DNA of 64,000 nt from Acidimicrobiaceae bacterium (GCA_009842325.1 VYFQ01000016.1:16505-80504), one strand, 5' to 3'. Positions 54,892-63,750 are shown, counted from the stretch's first letter. The notes: generated from the sequence alone by a model not told the origin. Numbers and translations are program-made.

Positions 54892-56467
54892 GCGGGCAGC
54901 CGCGGTCGATCCACACCGCGGCGGCCACCGCGACGAACACGGCGTCGCTGCCGTTGACAGGCTCCGAACCGTCGTCCAGCACGTCGATCCTCACGGCCGG
55001 CATGTTGGCCGCGCTCACGATGCCGAAGGATCGGACGGTCAGGTCGTGGACGTGTCCGTCGGGATCCACCCCGAGTGACTCGCTGGTCACCCACGAATAG
55101 GCCATGTGGGCCGCACCCGTGCAGTAGGACCGCAACACGGTTTCGTCGAGAGTCCGGCCGGCCCGAACTTGCACCGCGATCGTCCCATCCGGCCCGACCG
55201 CAGCCGTAGCTGATCCGCCATCGGGCCCCGCGATCCAACCCGGCTCGCCCCGGGCCGCGGCCAGCAGCACCGCAGCCTCGGCCCAGCCCGCCCCCCGTAC
55301 CAGCGACGAGGTGGGCGGCCCCGGCACGTCGATCTCGGTGACGACTAGGCCGGGCGCCCATTCCTGGATCACGGCCGCAATGCCCGGTGTTCGCGCCACG
55401 ACGATCTCACCGGTTCCGTCAGGCCGTACTCCCGCCGCGATCGGTGGCCGCTTGGGGCCGAACTCGACGGTGTCGGGGCGGGACCACAGCACCCTCACGT
55501 GCCGACCGTGACGGCTGGCGAGCACACGGGCGGCCTCAGCCACCGGAGAGTGGAGCTTCCCGCCGAAGGCTCCGCCGTTGCCGAGCGGCGAGGCCGGCTC
55601 ACCGTCGGGCTGGCACCAGGCGGCGTCGGTCTCCAGGTAGCCGGGCTCGGTCCAGCTGGTGCGCAGGGTGACGGCCCAGTCGCCCGGAGGGACCTCCAGC
55701 GGCGGCTCCCAGCTGGCGGTGGTGCGCCGGCCCGGAACCTGCCCGGCGAGTCTTCGCGCCTCGGCGGCGGTTTCCGCCACGACCCAGCCGTGCTCGTCAG
55801 CAGCGTCGCAGTCCGGGCCGGCCCGCACAGCCACGAGGGCTCCAGCCGGGACGGTGTCGTCGGCGAATCCACCCAACCCGAGGGACACATGGGGCCCGGT
55901 CGACTGCGGTGTCCGCCCCTCGATCGTCGCCCGGAGGTCGGCCGCGGCTCTCTGATCAGAATCCAGGTCGGTAGCGGCGTCGGCGACTCCGGAAACGAGC
56001 CCGGGGTAGGCCTGCCAAGCGTCGAGAATGGGCTGCCAACCGGTACACCGGCACAGATGGGCGGCCAGAGCCCGGGCCGCGACGCGGCGATCACTGTGAT
56101 CGGCGCCCCTGTCGTGCAGCCCGGCGAAACGACAGATGATCCCGGGCGTGCAGAACCCGCACTGGCTGGCTCCGGTGGCCGCGAAGGCCCGAGCCCAGAC
56201 GTCGCGCACATCTGCGTCGAGCCCTTCGAGGGTGGTGATGGCCCGGCCCTGCACTCGACGGGCCGGGGTAACGCATGCCACCCTGGGCTGCCCGTCCACC
56301 AGCACGGTGCAGCAGCCGCACTGGCCCTGGGGGCTGCACCCGTCCTTCACCGAGCGCACCCCGAGCTGCTCTCGCAGCACGTCCAGCAGCGTGAGGCCCT
56401 CATCGGCCACCGTCACCACCGCGCCGTCGACGGTCAGTTCGAAGGGATCAGCGGCAGCGGCAACCAT
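54857..56467 (-). CDS. [2Fe-2S]-binding protein fused to a short xanthine-dehydrogenase/aldehyde-oxidase-like domain
   Basis: ATG at 56467. The N-terminus carries both small-subunit clusters (CSPQGQCGCCTV ... QCGFCTPG ... CRCTGW). The ~380-aa C-terminus resembles the distal part of MoCo-binding large subunits (GGAFGGK ... VRGAGWAEA ... ). The listed 703-aa ORF has a spurious extension across erpA. Confidence 0.65.
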   Translation of the reverse strand: MVAAAADPFELTVDGAVVTVADEGLTLLDVLREQLGVRSVKDGCSPQGQCGCCTVLVDGQPRVACVTPARRVQGRAITTLEGLDADVRDVWARAFAATGASQCGFCTPGIICRFAGLHDRGADHSDRRVAARALAAHLCRCTGWQPILDAWQAYPGLVSGVADAATDLDSDQRAAADLRATIEGRTPQSTGPHVSLGLGGFADDTVPAGALVAVRAGPDCDAADEHGWVVAETAAEARRLAGQVPGRRTTASWEPPLEVPPGDWAVTLRTSWTEPGYLETDAAWCQPDGEPASPLGNGGAFGGKLHSPVAEAARVLASRHGRHVRVLWSRPDTVEFGPKRPPIAAGVRPDGTGEIVVARTPGIAAVIQEWAPGLVVTEIDVPGPPTSSLVRGAGWAEAAVLLAAARGEPGWIAGPDGGSATAAVGPDGTIAVQVRAGRTLDETVLRSYCTGAAHMAYSWVTSESLGVDPDGHVHDLTVRSFGIVSAANMPAVRIDVLDDGSEPVNGSDAVFVAVAAAVWIDRGCPPIWPTGSSTRA

Positions 56468-56541
56468 TGAACCGCAGGTTAGATCGAGGCGCGCCAAGCA
56501 CCGGCCGCTGGAACCCCCGGCCGGCCCGGGGAATGAGAGCG

Positions 56542-56862
56542 CTAGCTGAAGCTCTGGCCGCAGCCGCAGCTGCGCTGGGCGTTGGGGTTGTCGATCGAGA
56601 AGCCGGCCTGCTGCAACCCATCGGAGTAGTCGAGCGTGGCCCCGTCGAGCAGCATGGCCGACGACGGGTCCACCACCACCTGAACGTCGCCGAAGGTCTC
56701 CTTGGTATCGCCCTCGACTATGTCCGTGTCGAAGTACATCTCGTAGGAGAAACCCGAGCAGCCACCGGGGCGCACGGCCACCCGCAGGGCGAGGCCGTCC
56801 TCTCCCTCCGCCTTGATGAGCTCCGATACCTTGGTAGACGCCTTCTCGGTGAGTGTGATCAT
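56542..56862 (-). CDS. erpA: iron-sulfur cluster insertion protein (HesB/IscA/ErpA family)
   Basis: 106 aa with GGCSGFSY and a C-terminal CGCGQSF motif. GGGGAG SD upstream. Confidence 0.9.
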   Translation of the reverse strand: MITLTEKASTKVSELIKAEGEDGLALRVAVRPGGCSGFSYEMYFDTDIVEGDTKETFGDVQVVVDPSSAMLLDGATLDYSDGLQQAGFSIDNPNAQRSCGCGQSFS

Positions 56863-56982
56863 GATGGCTCCCCGTGCGCTGGTGGGTGCGGCACTCGGTC
56901 TGGTGCCAACCTAGCGAGCGGTGGCCGGCGCGGCTACCGGCGGGCCGGATCGGCCTGACAGGCACCACGGTAGCATCGGGTC

Positions 56983-58155
56983 GTGACCACGACCGCGCCG
57001 ACGGCCGAGGCCGTGATGGATCTCATGCGCGGTGTGGTCGATCCTGAGTTGGGCAGCAACCTGGTGGAGCTGGGCATGGCCCGGGGAGCGCAGGTCTCCG
57101 ACGACGGGCAGGTGCGGATCGAGATCGCGTTGACGACTGCCGGCTGCCCGCTGCGGGCCCAGATCCAGCGCGACGTCAAGGCCCGGCTGGAGTCCCTTCC
57201 CGGCGTGACCAAGGTGCGCATCGTGTGGGCCGAGCTCACCGCCGACGAGAAGGCCGCGGCCATGGCAAAGGCCCGCTTCAACGTGTCGCAGCGCGCGCCG
57301 GACACCGCCATCCCGCCCACCACCAAGGTGCTGATGGTGGCCAGCGGCAAGGGCGGCGTGGGCAAGTCCACGGTCACCACCAATCTGGCCGCGGCACTGG
57401 CCGCGCAAGGGTTCAACGTCGGCGTGATGGACGCCGACATCTGGGGCTACTCGGTGCCCCGGATGCTGGGCGTGGACGGCGAGCTGCGCTCCCTCGACGG
57501 CAAGATCGTCCCGCTCACCCGGACCGTCGGCGAGGGTCGCCTCGACGTGGTGTCGATGGGCTTCCTGGTGGATCGGGAGGACTCGGCGCTGATGTGGCGA
57601 GGGCTGATGCTCAACCGGGCCGTGCAGCACTTCTGTGAGGACGTGCGCTGGAGCGACGACCTCGACTACCTGCTGATCGATATGCCCCCCGGCACCGGCG
57701 ACGTGCAGATGGGCCTGGCCAAGATGCTGCCGCGAGCGGAGATGATCATCGTGACCACCCCGGCGACGGCCGCCCAGAAGGTGGCGGCCAGGGTGGTGGA
57801 CATGGGCCGCAAGAACTACCTGCGCATCGTGGGCGTGATCGAGAACATGAGCTACCTGGCCACCCCCGACGGCGGTCATCACGCCGTGTTCGGCTCGGGA
57901 GGGGGCGAGGCCCTCGCCGCGGAGGTCGGTGCGCCGCTGCTGGGCCGCATCCCCCTCGAGGCTGCCGTGGCCGACGGCTTCGACACGGGCGAGCCTGCCG
58001 TGCTGGGCGACGGCCCGGCAGCCGAGGCCTTCAAGGCGGCGGCCCAAGCGCTGTCAGAGGAGCACGTGCCGCCAGTGGAGATGGCCGGCTGCAGCGCCCG
58101 CATGCTGGAGGCCGCCGTGGCCGCGCTCGACGCGGTGGACACGGCCGAAGCCTGA
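56983..58155 (+). CDS. apbC: Mrp/ApbC-type Fe-S cluster carrier ATPase with N-terminal DUF59-like domain
   Basis: Motifs: VVDPELGSNLVELGM (DUF59-like), deviant Walker A SGKGGVGKST, IDMPPGTGD. Confidence 0.9.
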   Translation: MTTTAPTAEAVMDLMRGVVDPELGSNLVELGMARGAQVSDDGQVRIEIALTTAGCPLRAQIQRDVKARLESLPGVTKVRIVWAELTADEKAAAMAKARFNVSQRAPDTAIPPTTKVLMVASGKGGVGKSTVTTNLAAALAAQGFNVGVMDADIWGYSVPRMLGVDGELRSLDGKIVPLTRTVGEGRLDVVSMGFLVDREDSALMWRGLMLNRAVQHFCEDVRWSDDLDYLLIDMPPGTGDVQMGLAKMLPRAEMIIVTTPATAAQKVAARVVDMGRKNYLRIVGVIENMSYLATPDGGHHAVFGSGGGEALAAEVGAPLLGRIPLEAAVADGFDTGEPAVLGDGPAAEAFKAAAQALSEEHVPPVEMAGCSARMLEAAVAALDAVDTAEA

Positions 58156-58201
58156 CGGGCTGCCCCTAGGAACTTCTGTCGATTGTCCACCTCACGGGTG
58201 G

Positions 58202-59002
58202 CTAATTCGCCGAAGTTCGGGGGTCCTCCAACTCGACCGTCAATCCGGGGCCGAGTTCTTGGTCGACACGGTGCTGGAACATCGGGACCAGCATCGACGA
58301 CGGCATCACGCATTCGGCGCAGGCCTCGTCGGGAATGTGGAGCCGGAAGGTGATGCGGTTCCCGGACTGCTCGGCGGTCAGGTCGGCGCGGTCAGCCCGG
58401 AGGGCCACAGCCAACGACTCCACCACCGCGTCGAGGCTCCCCGGTTCGGCACCAGCGGCGGCGGCGGGGCCGGCCTCGCCGTGCAGCAGCAGGCTCTCGA
58501 CCGCGGGTGTGACCGCGTCGGCCAGAGCCGTCACCTGCTCCTCCGAGAGGCTGCCGATCGGATGCGGGACGGTGGCGAACGGGTAGTCGGCGAAGCCCTG
58601 CAGCTCGGCCATGACCTTGCCGGTGGTCGTGAAGGGCTCGGTCACGATGGCGGCCGCGGGCAGGCCGAGCCCCTCGAACCGGACGGCGTCGAGCACACTG
58701 CCCGACGAGCAACTGCCTCAATCGCCGATGGCGGCGATGATGGCGGTGGCGTCGGCGGCCAGCATCTCGACGTCCTCCGGTGCGGCCGGGAAGCTCGAGT
58801 CGGGCTTGGTCACCAGGATCGTGTCCTGGATCGGATGCCTGGCCTTGAGGTTCTCCGCCACCCGCTGGAGGATCTCGCGGCCGCGGGCCTTGCCGTTGTT
58901 GACCAGACCGAGCACAGCCCCGTCGAGGTTGGCAGGACGGGCTGCCAGCTCCCGGCCTGCGCCGGCCGGAGCCAGAGTCGGATCGATGAGAGTGACCGTC
59001 AT
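58202..59002 (-). CDS. candidate UGSC-motif selenoprotein (TGA at 58718-58720 read as Sec), 266 aa
   Basis: ORFs 58718..59305 (real start ATG 59002, MTVTLIDP...) and 58202..58696 share one frame. Only one TGA separates them. The junction reads AAIGD-U-GSCSSGSVLDAV. A SECIS-like hairpin starts 11 nt after the TGA. The downstream piece has no SD or ATG. The ATGA overlap with the upstream gene supports the 59002 start. Confidence 0.6.
58687..58707 (-). promoter_or_regulatory. SECIS-like mRNA hairpin downstream of the in-frame UGA
   Basis: The mRNA reads UGA-GGCAGUUGCU-[CGUCGGGC]-AGUGU-[GCUCGACG]. The stem is 8 bp (one G.U) with a 5-nt loop containing G and U. The stem starts 11 nt after the UGA. 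Confidence 0.45.
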
Positions 59003-60081
59003 GGGATGATTATCTCCTGGGTTACAAGCGGGACGCTGCGGTCCCGGCTCCACGTCGGGAAGAACGCCGAGTGCCCGCCGGCGTCGCCGCCGCCGACCAT
59101 CAGCGCGATGTCGTCCGGGCCGGTCCCACGCCGCACCAGGATGTCCTCGTCGCCGGGATGCACGGTCGGGTCCGACCGCATCCACCACACCGGGTCGAAC
59201 CCTTCCACGAAGCCGCCCGGCTCCACCTTGCCACCCCGCTTGACGTCGGCGAAGGAGCGGGCCGAGTGCTCGAACAGGTACCCCTGAACCTGGGACCGGC
59301 TCCACCCGGAGGCCGAGATCTTGCGGGCGTGCTCGGGCGCGAACACGATCAGCGAGCGGCCCGAGCTGAGCGAACCGAAGGCCGCCATCGCATCGGCGAA
59401 CGTCCCGAGCAGCTCGGACACCTCCGAGGAGGCGTGGTTGACGATGTTGTGGCCCGACTCGGCGGCCATGATCGTGACCGTGCTCTGCGACGGCTCATAT
59501 CCCCGGGAGACGTGGAAAGGCTCCCAGGGACACGTCGCCTCGTCCTCGGCGAAGCAGACGGCGTACTTGCCGGGCCAGCCCTGGGTGCTCTTGTCCAGCG
59601 CTCCGGGTATGGCCGCGAGGCAGTTGCGCAGCACCAGCCGGACGGTGCGGCCGATGGTGGCGTTGGGTCTGAACCCAGGCCCGAAGAGGTTCTCCTTGTA
59701 GTGGATCCCGATCCCTTCGCGGATCGGCCCGTTGACCGCGACAAGCACGGCCGCCCCGCCGGTGCTGGCCGCCACAGCGTGCAACGCGAACTCCGGGGCG
59801 CTCATGGCCTGCAGCGCGGCGCCCACCACCGGGAAGTACTCGGGCAAGCAGCCGGCCATGACGGCGTTGACGGCAGCCTTGCGGGCAGTGACGGCCATCC
59901 CTCGCCACGGGTCGTCGAGCAGCACCTCGTCGGCAGCCCAGACCCCGCCGGCCAGCATGGCGGCCACCAGCGGCTCGGTGGGCGGGACCACGGGCAGGCC
60001 GTCGGTCCAGCCGGCGGTGTAGCAGGCCTCGATGGCCTCCCACGGATCGTCGACCTGCTGGTCGCCATGAACAGGGATCAT
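58999..60081 (-). CDS. conserved-looking hypothetical protein (360 aa), partner of the UGSC-motif gene
   Basis: ATG at 60081 with GGAGGGG upstream. Normal soluble-protein composition. The stop overlaps the downstream ATG (ATGA). No family recognised. Confidence 0.7.
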   Translation of the reverse strand: MIPVHGDQQVDDPWEAIEACYTAGWTDGLPVVPPTEPLVAAMLAGGVWAADEVLLDDPWRGMAVTARKAAVNAVMAGCLPEYFPVVGAALQAMSAPEFALHAVAASTGGAAVLVAVNGPIREGIGIHYKENLFGPGFRPNATIGRTVRLVLRNCLAAIPGALDKSTQGWPGKYAVCFAEDEATCPWEPFHVSRGYEPSQSTVTIMAAESGHNIVNHASSEVSELLGTFADAMAAFGSLSSGRSLIVFAPEHARKISASGWSRSQVQGYLFEHSARSFADVKRGGKVEPGGFVEGFDPVWWMRSDPTVHPGDEDILVRRGTGPDDIALMVGGGDAGGHSAFFPTWSRDRSVPLVTQEIIIP

Positions 60082-60153
60082 CCAACCCCTCCGTCGTAGA
60101 CCGCGCCGCTCACGATGACCGCAAACTATAGGTGGGGGCTGCGATTCAGCGGG

Positions 60154-61458
60154 CTAGTTGCAGAGGCCTTCTTCGCTTACGCCCCGGTGGCTGTCGCAGA
60201 TCGTCGTGCTCTCGACGGACTTGAGGGTGAACGAACCGGAATCGGAATCCTGCTGGGCGAAGACCTGCAGCCGGAAGCCGCGGACAGCGTCGTCGGGCAG
60301 ACCCAACACGTCGACGGTGATCTCGGCGAGATCGCCGCTGACGGGGGCGCCCGACACGACGACGCGAGACGGCGGATCGTCGGAGGCCACCGCCCCGGCG
60401 ACGATCCGGGCCAGCTCGGCCAGCGTCGATGCGGCGGGCGTCTCGCCCAGGACGGCGACAGTCTCGGCAGTGGCGTCAGAGGTAGCTCCCAACGGCGACA
60501 GGAAGGCGCTGCTGGCCCATCCGACCGCTTCGGCCATGCGGATCTCGTGCCAGATGGTGGTGGGGAGCTTGCGGGTGTTGCCGGTGGCGATCACGCCGCG
60601 ATTGAGATCGAGGGTGGCAATGAGTGCGTCGGAGTCGGCCTCGCGTACGTAGACGACCGGCTCGCTGCCCACGTTCATCACGTTGTCCAGCCGGGCGACG
60701 ATCTCTCCGGCGGGCACGTCACGCACGTTCAGCACGCTGTCGTGGGAGACACCCACCACCGCGAGCGCCGCGCCAGCCGGCGGGCCGAACTCGTAAGGCT
60801 CGCCGGGAAGGGACACAGCCGGCTCGGGCGCGCCGTCGGCTCCGTCCGTCGACGCTTCCCCGGACTCGTCGCCGCCGGTTTCGGAGGCGTCGGCGTCCTC
60901 GGTGTCCGTGGCCGCGTCCGTGTCGTCGGCACCTGTCTCGGCGGCAGGCTCCGCCGTCTCGTCGGCCTCCTCGGTGGCGCCGGCTGCGTCGGTCTCTGTG
61001 GCGCCCGTCGTCTCAGCCTCGGTCTCCTCGTCCGATGTGTCCGCCGGCTGCGTACCACCATCGGCCGCAGCGGCAGCCTGGGCCGCGGCGAGGGCCTCCA
61101 CCGCCGCGGCGGCCTGAGCCGCGGCCGCCTCGGCCGCAGCCGCAGCCTGCTGGGCCATCACGACCGCCTCCTGGGCCACGACAGCCGCCTCGTCGGCCTT
61201 GGCCGCCGACGCGGCGGACATGATGGCCGCGTCCTCGGCACTGGCCTGAGCCGCGGCAGCAGCGGTTCGCGCCTCCGCAAGGTCGGCGGTGTCGACGTCG
61301 TCGGCCGCGTCGTCGCTGCCGGAGTCGGCCACGAACGCGGCCACAAGCGCCACCACGGCGACCAGCAGCGCCACCAAGGCCAGCAACAGGGCGCGCCTGG
61401 CTACCGCCAAACTGAGCGACATCCCCATCACGGGCCTCGAGCCGTGGTCAGCTTCCAT
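60154..61458 (-). CDS. membrane-anchored protein with Ala-rich and acidic Thr/Asp/Glu-rich low-complexity stalk and C-terminal globular domain
   Basis: N-terminal TM helix (ALLLALVALLVAVVALVAAFVA). About 165 aa of low complexity follow. Then a ~220-aa domain ends with two Cys (TICDSHRGVSEEGLCN). Confidence 0.65.
   Translation of the reverse strand: MEADHGSRPVMGMSLSLAVARRALLLALVALLVAVVALVAAFVADSGSDDAADDVDTADLAEARTAAAAAQASAEDAAIMSAASAAKADEAAVVAQEAVVMAQQAAAAAEAAAAQAAAAVEALAAAQAAAAADGGTQPADTSDEETEAETTGATETDAAGATEEADETAEPAAETGADDTDAATDTEDADASETGGDESGEASTDGADGAPEPAVSLPGEPYEFGPPAGAALAVVGVSHDSVLNVRDVPAGEIVARLDNVMNVGSEPVVYVREADSDALIATLDLNRGVIATGNTRKLPTTIWHEIRMAEAVGWASSAFLSPLGATSDATAETVAVLGETPAASTLAELARIVAGAVASDDPPSRVVVSGAPVSGDLAEITVDVLGLPDDAVRGFRLQVFAQQDSDSGSFTLKSVESTTICDSHRGVSEEGLCN
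60823..61323 (-). repeat. Ala-rich then Thr/Asp/Glu-rich low-complexity coding tract (residues ~46-212)
   Basis: AAAAAQASAEDAA...AAAEAAAAQAAAAVEALAAAQAAAAA is followed by TSDEETEAETTGATETDAAGATEEADETAE... Confidence 0.8.
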
Positions 61459-61532
61459 CTCGCACCGGACCCAGTATGTCAGCGCATCGATCCACGGCCG
61501 GACACCCCCCTCCCCCCGGGGATGCTCGACCT

Positions 61533-62570
61533 CTACGGAACTAGGTCCAACGCTCGCCCGAGGGTGTCAAGGCGTTCATCGGTGGTGTCGCCGGCCGGGT
61601 ACAGGCGCACGGTGTCGACCCCGGCGGCAGCCCACCCGGCCAAACGGTCCCGCACCATCTCGACGGTGCCGATGAGGGTGGTGGCCAGCACCATCTCGTC
61701 GGGGATCGCCGCGGCCGCGCCCGGCCTGTCGCCGGCCAGCCACAGACGCTGCGACTCGGCCGCAACATCGGCGAAGCCCTGGCGGGCGTAGGCAGAGTTG
61801 TAGAAGTTGGAGCGGCCCGAGCCCATGCCGCCGAGACTGAAGGCCAGCCCGGCCCGGCGGGTGTCGATCATTGCGGCCAGCTCGGCCTCGTCACGGGCGA
61901 AGGCGACCTCGGCCCCCTGGCAGATGTCGATGTCGTCGAGGGTCCGGCCGGCCCGGGCCGCGCCCGCTCGCAGATGGCGAAAATAGGCGTCCTCGGCGCC
62001 CTCTGGCACGAAGCTGGTGCCGAGCCAGCCGTCGGCCCGCTCGCCGGTCAACTCCAGCATCCTCGGCAGCATCGAGGCCAGGTAGACGGCCGGGGCCGTG
62101 GAGGACCGGATCGACAGGCGCAGCGACTTGCCCTCCCCGCCGGCCAGGGGAAGCCGTAGATGACGGCCCGAATAGGCGATGCGCTCACCGGCGAAGGCCT
62201 GGGCGATCACGTCGAGCGTCTCGGCCATGCGGCCCACCGGATCGGCGAAGCCCACTCCGTGCAGACCTTCCATCACCTGCGGTCCCGACACTCCCAGCCC
62301 CAGCACGAACCGCCCCTGCGACAGCTCGTTGAGGGTCAGCGCGGTCTGGGCCGTCATCACCGCCGAGCGGACCCCGACCTGGAACACGGACGCGCCCAGC
62401 GTGACCCGTTCGGTCCGGGCCGCGAGGTAGCCCAGCGGGGAGGCCGCGTCGGACCCCCACGCCTCGGCGACCCACACCGCATCCACGCCCAGGGCCTCGG
62501 CCCCGGTCACGAAGTCGACCGACTCGGGCCACGGCGCCGAATCCGCAGTGAGCTGGACCGAGGTCCTCAC
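61533..62570 (-). CDS. LLM-class (luciferase-like) flavin/F420-dependent oxidoreductase
   Basis: 345 aa with a typical LLM layout (GVDAVWVAEAWGSDA ... GRFVLGLGVSGPQVMEG ...). Confidence 0.8.
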   Translation of the reverse strand: MRTSVQLTADSAPWPESVDFVTGAEALGVDAVWVAEAWGSDAASPLGYLAARTERVTLGASVFQVGVRSAVMTAQTALTLNELSQGRFVLGLGVSGPQVMEGLHGVGFADPVGRMAETLDVIAQAFAGERIAYSGRHLRLPLAGGEGKSLRLSIRSSTAPAVYLASMLPRMLELTGERADGWLGTSFVPEGAEDAYFRHLRAGAARAGRTLDDIDICQGAEVAFARDEAELAAMIDTRRAGLAFSLGGMGSGRSNFYNSAYARQGFADVAAESQRLWLAGDRPGAAAAIPDEMVLATTLIGTVEMVRDRLAGWAAAGVDTVRLYPAGDTTDERLDTLGRALDLVP

Positions 62571-62583
62571 GGGCCGCTCACGC

Positions 62584-63750
62584 TTAAGGGCCGGCGGCCT
62601 GCTCGATGTGGGCCTTGATCCCCTCCACCACCCGCTGCATGTTGGCTCGGTGCTCGGCCATGCGACGGTCGATGATGCGAGGCTCCAGGTCGGGGCGGGC
62701 TGAGATGATCTCGTCGAGCCCGGAGGGGCCGGGACCGAGGATGCCCCGGAAGCGCAGCCGGGTTCCGCCCACTACGGGCTCGAGTTCGAAGCGCCAGCGG
62801 GCGCCGGGATTGCCGATGTCGCTGGTGCACCAGCCGAACGCGACCTGCTCGGTGAACACGTCCACGAAGCACTGGGCCTCCCAGTCCCCCCGGGCCGGGT
62901 GATGATTGCGGCCCACGAAGCAGGCGCCCAGCGCCGGGCCGTCACCGCCGCCGGTCCACTCGGCCCCCTGGAACTCCTCGGAGAAGCGCGCCGGCAGGTT
63001 GATGTCGGTCACCTCGGCCCAGACGGCGGCCGGCTCGGCCCGGATGTCCACTTCCACGACGGTGCCGGGACCGTCGGCGATGCGCACCGGATCGCTGGGG
63101 CCCCGCTCGTAAGTGCGGGCGTAGCCGTCGAAGTAGGCGATCTCGCGGGCCGGATGCCGCCGGGCCGGCTTGAAGTCGGTGCCGACGGTCCAGGCCACCG
63201 GGAACATGGCGATCTCGGTCACATCGTCGGGGATGCCGAGCAATTCCTTGATTTCGGGCGCCTTGGCCAGACCGGCAGTGGTCCAAGCCGTGCCCAGGCC
63301 TCTGGCCCGCAGGGCCAAGCAGAAGCTCCAGCCGCTCTGGATCACCGAATCGAACAGGCCGGGACGCCCGCTGCCGTCGTGGCGGCCGAGGATCACCGGG
63401 ATGACGATGACCGGCACCTCGCCGAGGTGCTCGGCCAGATGCCCCGCGGAGAGCATGGCCCGCTCCCGCGGGTCCCCGGTGCCGGCCAGACGGTCGCGGG
63501 CCTCGATCATGCGGTTGCCGATCACGTCGCGATAGAGGTCGGCCAACCTCTGCTTGAGTTCCGGATCACGCACGATTAGCCAGCGCCGGCTGCCCTGGTT
63601 GCCACCGGTGGGAGCCTGCTCGGCGACGTCGATGCAGTCCAGGATGATCTCGTCGTCCACGTCTCGCTCAAGGTCGAGGCGCCGTCGCACGGCACGGGTG
63701 GTGGTGAGCACCTCGTCCACGGTTGCGGTTGTGCCGGGGTCAATCTCCAT
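62584..63750 (-). CDS. nitroreductase family / SRPBCC (START-like) fusion protein
   Basis: ATG at 63750 with GAGGA upstream. The N-terminal ~230 aa is nitroreductase-like (TTRAVRRRLDLERDVDDEII ... APTGGNQGSRRWLIV). The C-terminal ~150 aa is SRPBCC-like (VEVDIRAEPAAVWAEVTDINLPARFSEE...). Confidence 0.7.
   Translation of the reverse strand: MEIDPGTTATVDEVLTTTRAVRRRLDLERDVDDEIILDCIDVAEQAPTGGNQGSRRWLIVRDPELKQRLADLYRDVIGNRMIEARDRLAGTGDPRERAMLSAGHLAEHLGEVPVIVIPVILGRHDGSGRPGLFDSVIQSGWSFCLALRARGLGTAWTTAGLAKAPEIKELLGIPDDVTEIAMFPVAWTVGTDFKPARRHPAREIAYFDGYARTYERGPSDPVRIADGPGTVVEVDIRAEPAAVWAEVTDINLPARFSEEFQGAEWTGGGDGPALGACFVGRNHHPARGDWEAQCFVDVFTEQVAFGWCTSDIGNPGARWRFELEPVVGGTRLRFRGILGPGPSGLDEIISARPDLEPRIIDRRMAEHRANMQRVVEGIKAHIEQAAGP

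Noticed and set aside
60624-61223. 199-aa Pro/Arg-rich plus-strand ORF.
   Set aside because: It is antisense to the low-complexity region of the 60154..61458 gene, so it is a compositional artefact.
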